A stretch of DNA of 64,000 nt from Candidatus Poriferisocius sp. (lineage in GTDB: Bacteria > Actinomycetota > Acidimicrobiia > Acidimicrobiales > Bin134): contig NZ_OZ244793.1 of assembly GCF_965219775.1 (NCBI RefSeq), forward strand, positions 724,249-788,248. The letters run 5' to 3'. The notes under the pieces were generated by a model. That model saw only the letters and a list, made by a program, of their open reading frames with translations. It had not been told where the DNA came from and made no database searches. Positions within the stretch are counted from its first letter, which is position 1. The number at the start of each line of letters is the position of its first letter. Position numbers and translations under genes: made by a program. Shown piece by piece: positions 36,656-44,592 of the stretch.

Positions 36656-39600
36656 TCAGTCCAGCGGGTTAGCACTTGCCATTGCGAACGCTTTGTCCGC
36701 AACCGGGATGAGCAGGTTGATGGCCTGAATTCGGCGGACGAGTAGCATGACCGACTCGCGGTAGCCTTGATCGATGCTCGTGCCGACCCGATAGGAGAGC
36801 AGCTTGGAAAGGACTGCGTACCCTCCTAGCCGGAAATTCCACACGTCGTCCGGGACATTCCGCCATCCTCCGATGTCACTCCACAGCACGGCGGTTCCAG
36901 ATCGTTGACCACCCGTCCGCCCGGAGGAACCCTTTGTGAGCGTTGCGGAACCAGAGGGAACGTCAGGCGTGCCGATCCCCCGCAACTCCTGATCGATTGA
37001 ACCGATCGTCACGCCCTCTACATCGATGTCCGGGTCGACCAGATCTGCGTAGCGGCGTCCAACGTTGGCGGCTTGTTCGAGTCCGGCTGGATCGGAGGGC
37101 AACGGCACATACGGGAAGTCTCCGGAGTCCATCTCTTGTGAGGCAAGCCATTTCGCCGAGAGACAAACTCCGGCGATCGCGTAGAAGAGCCGTTCGGCGA
37201 CTTCTTCGTCGCTACCGGGCGAGCCAGCGGCTCTGGCTGCCGCGATCCACATCGGATCGATTGCCGGCGTTCTTCCGGAGACGGAAGTGCCGCCAGCCGC
37301 TGCCAGCACGTCGGGGCGCCACAGGGGGAAGACACGGGCATCGGGATCGAACGCGTGATAGCTGGGGACCTGGCTCGCAACCACTGGCCGTGCCGCGCCT
37401 TGCCTCCGACGGGTCTGCCCGACAACCAGGGCACGCTGACCGTCGACGTTCCAGAAGGGCAGCATCTGTTTTCTGGGCTCAGTGAGGAACTTATGCTCGG
37501 TCTCCCAGTACAACCAGCGGACATCCATCGGCCGGAAAAGGAACTGCTTCAATTGGTCGGCATTGAATCCAACTCCTCTTCCGAGTAGTTTTCGTCGAAC
37601 CTCGGGAGGGTCATAACGCGCTTGCCTCTGTGCGAAATCTGGGTAGCGCGCGGCGAGGTCATCAAAGGCGATCGAGGGATCGAAGTAGTCCTTAATCCGC
37701 TGCTCTAAGCAGGCTCGGTCTTGGTCGGTCGCAACATTCCCACGTCCCGGCTGGACACCGGAAAAGAAAGACAGCCCGGCGTCATTCACTAGGAAGTACT
37801 CATCGAGGCAGGGGAACTCGCTCCCAACTCCTGAGCTGAACCGCCACTTGCAACCTAGAGTAGGTGTGACGACGGTCGAACCCCCAAAAGGTTTGTCGTG
37901 GCGCGCTGCCAGATCGGAGCGCTTCTGGTCGGCAGCTCCGCGGAGGTCTTGTACATGAACCTGTGCAGGAGTAGTTGTTCCATCGATTCTGGTTGCCGTG
38001 ACGATGGCCGTGCCTACCTGGATTCCCGGGGCGCTTTCGGTGGTGAAGATTGACTGATCTTCCGGGTGTGATCGATCGTGTACATCTCCATGCAGGTCCA
38101 CTACTTGTACCATGTCGAATGTGGACAACACTGTGCGACGCATCTCAGGGTAGGAACGTCCAGTAAGCCATTGACTATTGGTGATGAACGAAACCACCCC
38201 TCGTTCAGTCTTCACTATGCGTCCAATTGCAGCAGCCCAGAACCGGGCATACAGATCATTAAGACGGTGTTTCCGGATCCCCCAATTGGAGTACAGTGGG
38301 TCGACCCAAGGCCGAATCAGCTCCTTCTCTTCATCGCTTTCTGCAGACGAGTAGCCTTCATAGGGAGGGTTGCCAAGGATAACGATCACTGGCTCCTGCT
38401 GTTTGACTTGTCGGGCCTCTTCGAGTTCATCATCAAAGTCTGGAAACAGTGTGGTGGTCGAGATATTCTGGGTAGGATCCCAACCAGTCAGGCTGTTGGT
38501 GAGGTATACCCGAAGCCGTTCCCCTTCTTCTACTGGTGCTCCCAGATTGGCAAGCGTCTGCGACAGGGCATAGTGGCCGATGATAAACGCTGCCGGGAGG
38601 ATCTCGAATCCAATGATGCGTTTCAACGCTGCATCCTTGGCGCGGGCAGCCGCCACCGACTCTGCCTCGCCGTTTTCAACGTGGTGCTGGTAGATGAAGC
38701 GGTACACGGCTTTCAGGTAGGTGCCCGTTCCCACCGCGGGGTCAAGGACGACCACGTTTTCGTCAGCCAGCCCGCTCGCTATCCCTAGTTCATGGCGAAG
38801 TTGATAGTCACACGCAGCGACCTGGAACTCTGCGACTTCCCTCGGTGTGTACCAGACGCCCAGGCGATCGCGGAGGAGGGGGTCAAACTCCGCTAGGAAG
38901 GGCTCGTAGAAGTATTCGATCGCGCCCACCGCAAGTGCTTCGTTGAAGCGATCCCGATCGACACGGCGTAGAACACCTGCGATCGCGGCCAGTCGTGGGA
39001 AGAGGTCGCACCGGCGGATGAGTTGAGGACTGAGACTTGCATGGAGGACGTCAGCGAATAGCGGTACCTCAACTCGATACGCCGCCGACTGCCAGTCAAA
39101 CGTTGTCGGGTCGTCCTCGCTTACGACCCATCCGGCGAAGAGGCCGTAGACGAGTGTTTGGACAACCGCAGGAACAAAGAACTCGTCGTCGAGTTCGGTG
39201 CCCAGACCGGATTCGAAGAGGTCCCAGATCGGTCGCAAGAGATCCTTCGCGTCGCCAACATCGAGGATCTGGTCGCGCATCGCCACTGCATGCTCTGCAA
39301 GGTGGTGAGCGACTTGCTTTGGTTGCACTAGGGTGGCCCTTAGCGCGGTACTATACTTCAATAGAGCTGCCAGGTCATCGTCGGTTGCCGTTGGTGCTAC
39401 CGACGGATCTGTCAGATCAGCTTCATCGATAAGGGAACATTCCGACAGCACATCTCGTGAGCCTGTCGAGTCGAACTCAGCCAGGGCGAAAGTGTGGAGG
39501 TTTGTGACCATCACTCGTCCGCCTCCAAAACGCATCGCATAGGCCCTAGTCTTGGGCTCGTCCAAGATGTCCTGGATTGACCATTTCGGCGGCTTGGCCT

Positions 39601-39832
39601 CAACGGGCAGCACAAGGACGTTCGTTGGGGCCTCGATCACTACAAGGTCGGGAAAGGACCTGCTCACACTTGCTGGGTCGGTCTCGGCTCGTACTCGGGG
39701 GCTCGTCATCCCTCCAAGTCCCCTCAGCAATTGCTTCAACGCGGGGTAGTGGGACCGCTCCTTGGTGCCTACACCTGAGGCCAATGTTGCCCGCACTTCT
39801 CGCAGGTAGGTATCGATGATCGTTGTACTCAT
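36656..39832 (-). CDS. single-polypeptide restriction-modification enzyme: N-terminal PD-(D/E)xK-like nuclease + gamma-class N6-adenine DNA methyltransferase + Type-ISP-like C-terminal domain
   Basis: ATG at 39830-39832 with GGAAGGAGG upstream. FPDLVVIEAP..VLPVEAKPP gives the PD...ExK motif. VLDPAVGTGTYL is SAM motif I and ILGNPPYEGY is motif IV (NPPY). C-terminal VWNFRLGGYAVLSKLLSYR resembles the Type ISP C-terminal domain. No helicase domain. GC is visibly lower than the flanks. Confidence 0.8.
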   Translation of the reverse strand: MSTTIIDTYLREVRATLASGVGTKERSHYPALKQLLRGLGGMTSPRVRAETDPASVSRSFPDLVVIEAPTNVLVLPVEAKPPKWSIQDILDEPKTRAYAMRFGGGRVMVTNLHTFALAEFDSTGSRDVLSECSLIDEADLTDPSVAPTATDDDLAALLKYSTALRATLVQPKQVAHHLAEHAVAMRDQILDVGDAKDLLRPIWDLFESGLGTELDDEFFVPAVVQTLVYGLFAGWVVSEDDPTTFDWQSAAYRVEVPLFADVLHASLSPQLIRRCDLFPRLAAIAGVLRRVDRDRFNEALAVGAIEYFYEPFLAEFDPLLRDRLGVWYTPREVAEFQVAACDYQLRHELGIASGLADENVVVLDPAVGTGTYLKAVYRFIYQHHVENGEAESVAAARAKDAALKRIIGFEILPAAFIIGHYALSQTLANLGAPVEEGERLRVYLTNSLTGWDPTQNISTTTLFPDFDDELEEARQVKQQEPVIVILGNPPYEGYSSAESDEEKELIRPWVDPLYSNWGIRKHRLNDLYARFWAAAIGRIVKTERGVVSFITNSQWLTGRSYPEMRRTVLSTFDMVQVVDLHGDVHDRSHPEDQSIFTTESAPGIQVGTAIVTATRIDGTTTPAQVHVQDLRGAADQKRSDLAARHDKPFGGSTVVTPTLGCKWRFSSGVGSEFPCLDEYFLVNDAGLSFFSGVQPGRGNVATDQDRACLEQRIKDYFDPSIAFDDLAARYPDFAQRQARYDPPEVRRKLLGRGVGFNADQLKQFLFRPMDVRWLYWETEHKFLTEPRKQMLPFWNVDGQRALVVGQTRRRQGAARPVVASQVPSYHAFDPDARVFPLWRPDVLAAAGGTSVSGRTPAIDPMWIAAARAAGSPGSDEEVAERLFYAIAGVCLSAKWLASQEMDSGDFPYVPLPSDPAGLEQAANVGRRYADLVDPDIDVEGVTIGSIDQELRGIGTPDVPSGSATLTKGSSGRTGGQRSGTAVLWSDIGGWRNVPDDVWNFRLGGYAVLSKLLSYRVGTSIDQGYRESVMLLVRRIQAINLLIPVADKAFAMASANPLD

Positions 39833-40269
39833 GCCAACCTCCTTCCAGCCACCGGGTACGAACCAAGAGGCGGAACCGCATCGCTCGACTGCGGGCGGAC
39901 GGTGGCAGCAATTTCGGCCCTCCGGCGCATGGAGGAGTAGCAGGGGGGTGTCCCGGAATAGTTCATACAATTCAGCGTCTTACCGTGCCGACGCTTCAGC
40001 ACAGCCGATGAACCCGAGTTGCTCGTCCGGTCAATGGTCCTCCCGAAGGATATCAGTCTGAACTTCCCACCCCAGTCGTGGCCACGTTGTCCGCCGGGTC
40101 TGGGGGTGTGGGCTTGTTCGTATCCTATGGGTTGGACCATGCCGATGGCCGAGTAGAAGCGGCGATCCAGGCGATTGTCAACGGTCTTTGGGTATCGCGC
40201 GATGGCGGACAGTGGGACCGCGCGGTGGTGGCCGTTGTTGCCGCGCGGTGGGGGTTGGTGCAGGAGTGT

Positions 40270-40410
40270 GACCTCCATTCCGGAGGTGGCTTGGGTTAGG
40301 CGGCTTATGTCGCCGGTGGTGACGATGAGGTGATGGTGGTGTAGGAGTCTGTTGACAGTGGTGTTGGCGCTCATGATCCGGCGGATGGTTGTTGGGGTGG
40401 TGTCGTCGGC
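40270..40410 (-). mobile_element. remnant of an IS21-family IstB helper ATPase C-terminus
   Basis: The minus-frame translation ..DDTTPTTIRRIMSANTTVNRLLHHHHLIVTTGDISRLTQA resembles the IstB tail (..A.A..DRLLHH.h.i...G.SYRL). It begins exactly where AlkB-copy homology breaks (40406). Confidence 0.4.
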
Positions 40411-41051
40411 GGGGGGTCGTGGCGGAAGGTGATGCTGAGGCGGGGGCCGGTGGGTGTGGAGAGCTTCGGTACCGAATGTTCGAAGCAGTGTTGGCAGGTG
40501 CCGCCCATGACCAGAAGGTCACCGGAGCCGAGCACGAATCGCCTGGACTTGCCCCCACCCACAGGGCGGAGCAAGAAGGGACGGGCTGCGCCCAGTGAGA
40601 CGACAGCTATGGCCGGTTGCCTGAACGTCCGACCCACCCTGTCGGCATGCCAGGCCACGCTGTCGCGTTCATGGCGGTAGAGGTTGATGCCGACCCGGGG
40701 GAACGCCTGCCGGTAGTACGTCTCCAGTATCCCGGCCATGTCGTTGACCACGGGAACGAGCGAACCGAGCACGTCGGCGTCGAGGTGGTTGGACAGCCGG
40801 GGAACCTCCACCGTCTTGTCGTACATGGGGCGCCGCTCTGCGAACAGCGGGACTCTCGCCACCAGGGTGTCCAACAGGGTGTCGCCCCCTCGTATGAACT
40901 CGGTCATTGTGTCCACCCACGCATCGTTGCCGAGGGCCACACGAGTGACGGCAAGCTCGAGCGCAACCGGCTCCTGCAAACTCCACAAGGCAGGCTGGAC
41001 GGTGGTACCGCAGGAAGGCAAGGGCGGAGAAGCTACTGACATGGGCCGCAC
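40371..41051 (-). CDS. alkB: AlkB-like 2OG-Fe(II) dioxygenase, copy 1 (C-terminus replaced by junction sequence)
   Basis: WHAD (HxD), FEHSVP (distal His) and RLSITFR (RxxxxxR). Identical to copy 2 except one residue and the last roughly 12 aa. Confidence 0.8.
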   Translation of the reverse strand: MRPMSVASPPLPSCGTTVQPALWSLQEPVALELAVTRVALGNDAWVDTMTEFIRGGDTLLDTLVARVPLFAERRPMYDKTVEVPRLSNHLDADVLGSLVPVVNDMAGILETYYRQAFPRVGINLYRHERDSVAWHADRVGRTFRQPAIAVVSLGAARPFLLRPVGGGKSRRFVLGSGDLLVMGGTCQHCFEHSVPKLSTPTGPRLSITFRHDPPPTTPPQQPSAGS

Positions 41052-41168
41052 ACTCTACGGGCACCGGGTGACAACATTGCCGGATTGCCGAGCTAGGCCC
41101 GGCGAACGGGATGGCTCACCGTCTCTCACCTCCGCAAGCGGGTCAGTGCTCTCGGCAGTGTCATTGCC
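40406..41168. repeat. 763-bp near-identical direct repeat, copy A (pairs with 42851..43613; offset 2445 bp)
   Basis: Aligned by eye, with only a handful of mismatches. Most are in the first 60 bp, plus 41114 and 41161. Confidence 0.9.
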
Positions 41169-41206
41169 CCGCAGGGGGCGTCGAGGATGGTGATGGAAGC
41201 ATCATC

Positions 41207-42650
41207 TTTGGGGATTTCTGGGACAAATTGTCGATAATTCAGGAGAATTCAGGGGAATTGAGGGAAGTTCGGGGGGATGTTGTCACTGGGGTTAGTATAC
41301 TTTCATGTATGGAGTTTGGGTCTTCTGCCGAGACAACTTTCGAGCCATCTAGCGGGATAACTGCCGCCGGGGGGTGCTGTACGTGTGGTGGTGGCGGGCC
41401 GGTGATTGCTGGTTTTGAGTTGGTGGATTATTCGAGATTGGGTACGTCGGATTTGATGAAGGTGGCGTTGCAGGGTGATGTGGCCCGCCGTCAGTTGGAC
41501 GGGTACCTGGCGGGGGTGTTGGGCCGGTTCGGCGACCTCGAGGGTGATGATGCCATGTTCGCGGTGTGCAAGCAGTTCGGGATCAAGGCCCACAAGGCCA
41601 ACCGTCAAGCCAAGGTGGCCTCGGGGTTGCGGGCGTTGCCCGATGTGTTGGGGGCGGTCAAGGACGGGTACATCTCCATGGACCACGCCGAGATGATCTC
41701 CGCCTCCCACGCCCGAGCACCGTTGGCCGAAGGTGAACACGTTGAGTTGATCATGGAGGCCATGCGCCAGGATTGTGACCAGTTCAAGAAGACCCTGGCC
41801 ACCCGCGAGGACCAACGAGCCTCGGTCGACGGGTTGTCCCGCACCGAACGCCAACGGGCCCGCCGTACGGCCAGTGTGTTCGACGGGGACGACGACATGG
41901 TCATCCTCCACGCCGAACTCGACGCCATCGCAGGCCAACGAGTCAAGACCGCCATGGCCGCCATGAACACCCGCCTCCTCTACCACGACACCAAGGCCGG
42001 CCACGAACGCACCTACCACCAACGCAACGCCGACGCCTTGGTGGCTCTGATGACCCAACAACCCGCAGGCCAGGCCGGCGGGAAGGGTATGGCGGCCAAC
42101 GGCCTGTCCCTACCGCCCCCAGCCGACGAGCCAGATCCCGTGGGCGGAGCCGATTGCGGACCGGCGCCGCAGAAGACGACCTTGGTGGTCACCGCCGAAT
42201 GGGACCCGATCTACGGGGTGCTCCAAGACGCCGAGCTGATCGACGGGACACCCATCGAAATCGAAGAACTGCGCCGTCTGGCTTGTGACGCCGACATCAT
42301 CCCGGCCATCTTCGGAGCCGACGGCCAACCCCTCTACCTCGGCCGCACCCAGCGGGCTCCCAACCAAGCCCAACGGATGGCCCTGTTCGCCCGAGACCAG
42401 GGCTGCGTCGACTGCGGGCTGGCTGCTCAGGCCTGCGAGGTCCACCACATCCTCCCGTGGGAACAAGGCGGACCCACCAACATCGACAACCTCGTCCTGC
42501 TCTGCCCCAAATGCCACCGCCGAGCCCACCAAGACGACCACCAACACGCCTACCACAAACGACGCCGCCACAAGCCGAGACCCCCAGCCACCCACCACCA
42601 ACCCCCCGACCCGGCCAGGCCACCCGACACCGTCCCACGCTCCTGACCCA
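41207..42650. repeat. copy 2 of the DUF222-HNH repeat
   Basis: See 34505..35940. Confidence 0.85.
41309..42646 (+). CDS. DUF222 domain / HNH endonuclease, copy 2
   Basis: ATG at 41309 corresponds to the MEFGSS start of copy 1. Roughly 93% aa identity by eye. A 6-aa indel (GHGHAG) is absent here. Same HNH motif. Confidence 0.85.
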   Translation: MEFGSSAETTFEPSSGITAAGGCCTCGGGGPVIAGFELVDYSRLGTSDLMKVALQGDVARRQLDGYLAGVLGRFGDLEGDDAMFAVCKQFGIKAHKANRQAKVASGLRALPDVLGAVKDGYISMDHAEMISASHARAPLAEGEHVELIMEAMRQDCDQFKKTLATREDQRASVDGLSRTERQRARRTASVFDGDDDMVILHAELDAIAGQRVKTAMAAMNTRLLYHDTKAGHERTYHQRNADALVALMTQQPAGQAGGKGMAANGLSLPPPADEPDPVGGADCGPAPQKTTLVVTAEWDPIYGVLQDAELIDGTPIEIEELRRLACDADIIPAIFGADGQPLYLGRTQRAPNQAQRMALFARDQGCVDCGLAAQACEVHHILPWEQGGPTNIDNLVLLCPKCHRRAHQDDHQHAYHKRRRHKPRPPATHHQPPDPARPPDTVPRS

Positions 42651-42839
42651 AGACGAGCCGCCCAAGGCTCCGCCTCCCCTTAGCCCATTTCGGGGCATCC
42701 GAAGCGGTACTTGCCCCCCGTTTGGGCATGGACGGTGGTACTGAGGAACGGCCTGGCGGCGGTTCCTTGGCCAGCCATCTCTTGGGGGAGCGGTCTGTAC
42801 GCCGTGGGGAGAGGTAGAAGGGGATGGGTGTCGGGGCTT

Positions 42840-43496
42840 TCAGGCATCCTTCGGCGGGGGGTCGTGGCGGAAGGTGATGCTGAGGCGGGGGCCGGTGGGG
42901 CGGGAGAGCTTCGGGACCGAGTGTTCGAAGCAGTGTTGGCAGGTGCCGCCCATGACCAGAAGGTCACCGGAGCCGAGCACGAATCGCCTGGACTTGCCCC
43001 CACCCACAGGGCGGAGCAAGAAGGGACGGGCTGCGCCCAGTGAGACGACAGCTATGGCCGGTTGCCTGAACGTCCGACCCACCCTGTCGGCATGCCAGGC
43101 CACGCTGTCGCGTTCATGGCGGTAGAGGTTGATGCCGACCCGGGGGAACGCCTGCCGGTAGTACGTCTCCAGTATCCCGGCCATGTCGTTGACCACGGGA
43201 ACGAGCGAACCGAGCACGTCGGCGTCGAGGTGGTTGGACAGCCGGGGAACCTCCACCGTCTTGTCGTACATGGGGCGCCGCTCTGCGAACAGCGGGACTC
43301 TCGCCACCAGGGTGTCCAACAGGGTGTCGCCCCCTCGTATGAACTCGGTCATTGTGTCCACCCACGCATCGTTGCCGAGGGCCACACGAGTGACGGCAAG
43401 CTCGAGCGCAACCGGCTCCTGCAAACTCCACAAGGCAGGCTGGACGGTGGTACCGCAGGAAGGCAAGGGCGGAGAAGCTACTGACATGGGCCGCAC
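42840..43496 (-). CDS. alkB: AlkB-like 2OG-Fe(II) dioxygenase, copy 2 (apparently intact)
   Basis: 218 aa with the same motifs as copy 1. Native-looking end ..FRHDPPPKDA. Confidence 0.85.
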   Translation of the reverse strand: MRPMSVASPPLPSCGTTVQPALWSLQEPVALELAVTRVALGNDAWVDTMTEFIRGGDTLLDTLVARVPLFAERRPMYDKTVEVPRLSNHLDADVLGSLVPVVNDMAGILETYYRQAFPRVGINLYRHERDSVAWHADRVGRTFRQPAIAVVSLGAARPFLLRPVGGGKSRRFVLGSGDLLVMGGTCQHCFEHSVPKLSRPTGPRLSITFRHDPPPKDA

Positions 43497-43613
43497 ACTC
43501 TACGGGCACCGGGTGACAACATTGCCGGATTGCCGAGCTAGGCCCGGCGAACGGGATGCCTCACCGTCTCTCACCTCCGCAAGCGGGTCAGTGCTCTCGG
43601 CAGTGACATTGCC
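42851..43613. repeat. 763-bp near-identical direct repeat, copy B
   Basis: See 40406..41168. Confidence 0.9.
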
Positions 43614-43740
43614 TTTTTGGGGGCTCTACACGTCGTAGCTGGGAGAAGCCCCGGTGGACACTGAGGGGTTGTTCAGTGGCAGCCCAGGGGATGTTCAGGA
43701 GATGGGCAGTGGCAGCTCAGCCACTTCTCTCGCTCCTCCC

Positions 43741-44529
43741 TCACTCTTCAGCGAGGAACTCCAGCATGGCCGGGTAGGCGGCGGGGTCTTGGATCATGAA
43801 GACGTGGCCGCCGTCGAAGACTTCCAGGCGGGCGTTGGGGATGCGGTCGCACAGGAGTTCGCTGTTGCGCAGGGGGGCGATGCCGTCGTGCGCCCCGGCG
43901 CACACCAGGGTGGGGACGTCGATCTCGCCCAGCCGATCCACCACGTCGTGACCCCGGCGGGCTTCCAGTTGGCCCACCGCACCCGGCGTCTCCTGGGGTA
44001 GGGCCGGGCCGTCGGGGCGTATCGCCGTGACAAACGTCTCGATGCCGGGAGGCAGCGGCCCACCCCGCTCGTAGCGGGTGTCCATGATCTCCAGGGTGGT
44101 CTCCGCCCGCTCGGCCGGATCGAGATCGGCCAGGGTGTGCAGGGGCCACGAGCTGTACTCGGGGCCGCCCGGCGAGGTGCAGTTGAGCACCAGCTTGCTG
44201 ATGCGTCCGGGATGGCGCACGGCCAGGTTCATGCCGACCATGCCGCCGAAGCTGGTACCCACCACCGGCACCCGCTCCCATCCCAGAAAGTCCAACAGGG
44301 CCGCCGCGTCGTCGGCGTAGTCGGCCATGGTCCACGGCAGGGGAGGCGTGGAGGTCTGCCCCAGGCCCCGTTGGTCGTAGTGGGCCACACAGAACGCCGC
44401 ATTGAGCGGGTTCTGGTCGGGAGCGGTCAGGCGCAGGTCGCCCCCGCTGCCGCTGATGTTGAGGAGCGGTGGCCCCGAGCCGTGCAACTCGAAGTAGAGG
44501 TTGAGATCCCGGACCTTGGCTCGCGGCAT
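43741..44529 (-). CDS. alpha/beta hydrolase
   Basis: 262 aa. VVGTSFGGMVG is the nucleophile elbow, with a late His in GGHVFM. Confidence 0.85.
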   Translation of the reverse strand: MPRAKVRDLNLYFELHGSGPPLLNISGSGGDLRLTAPDQNPLNAAFCVAHYDQRGLGQTSTPPLPWTMADYADDAAALLDFLGWERVPVVGTSFGGMVGMNLAVRHPGRISKLVLNCTSPGGPEYSSWPLHTLADLDPAERAETTLEIMDTRYERGGPLPPGIETFVTAIRPDGPALPQETPGAVGQLEARRGHDVVDRLGEIDVPTLVCAGAHDGIAPLRNSELLCDRIPNARLEVFDGGHVFMIQDPAAYPAMLEFLAEE

Positions 44530-44592
44530 CCCTCAAGCGTATTGCTGCGACACACCACGAGCCACGAGGCCCCTGCCTGCCCCCGTCCGGGC

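Noticed and set aside
39829-40374. 181-aa ORF between the MTase and AlkB-1
   Set aside because: Only the first roughly 35 codons resemble anything (an IstB C-terminal tail). The rest is probably non-coding read-through. I treat it as an IS remnant, not a gene.
40178-40558. Duplicated ORFs MGASPGDSCSAPVTFW.. (40178..40558 and 42680..43003) and the other repeated alternative-frame ORFs over the AlkB copies
   Set aside because: They are alternative frames of the duplicated AlkB DNA. The AlkB frame carries the HxD/H/RxxxxxR motifs, so these are shadows duplicated along with it.
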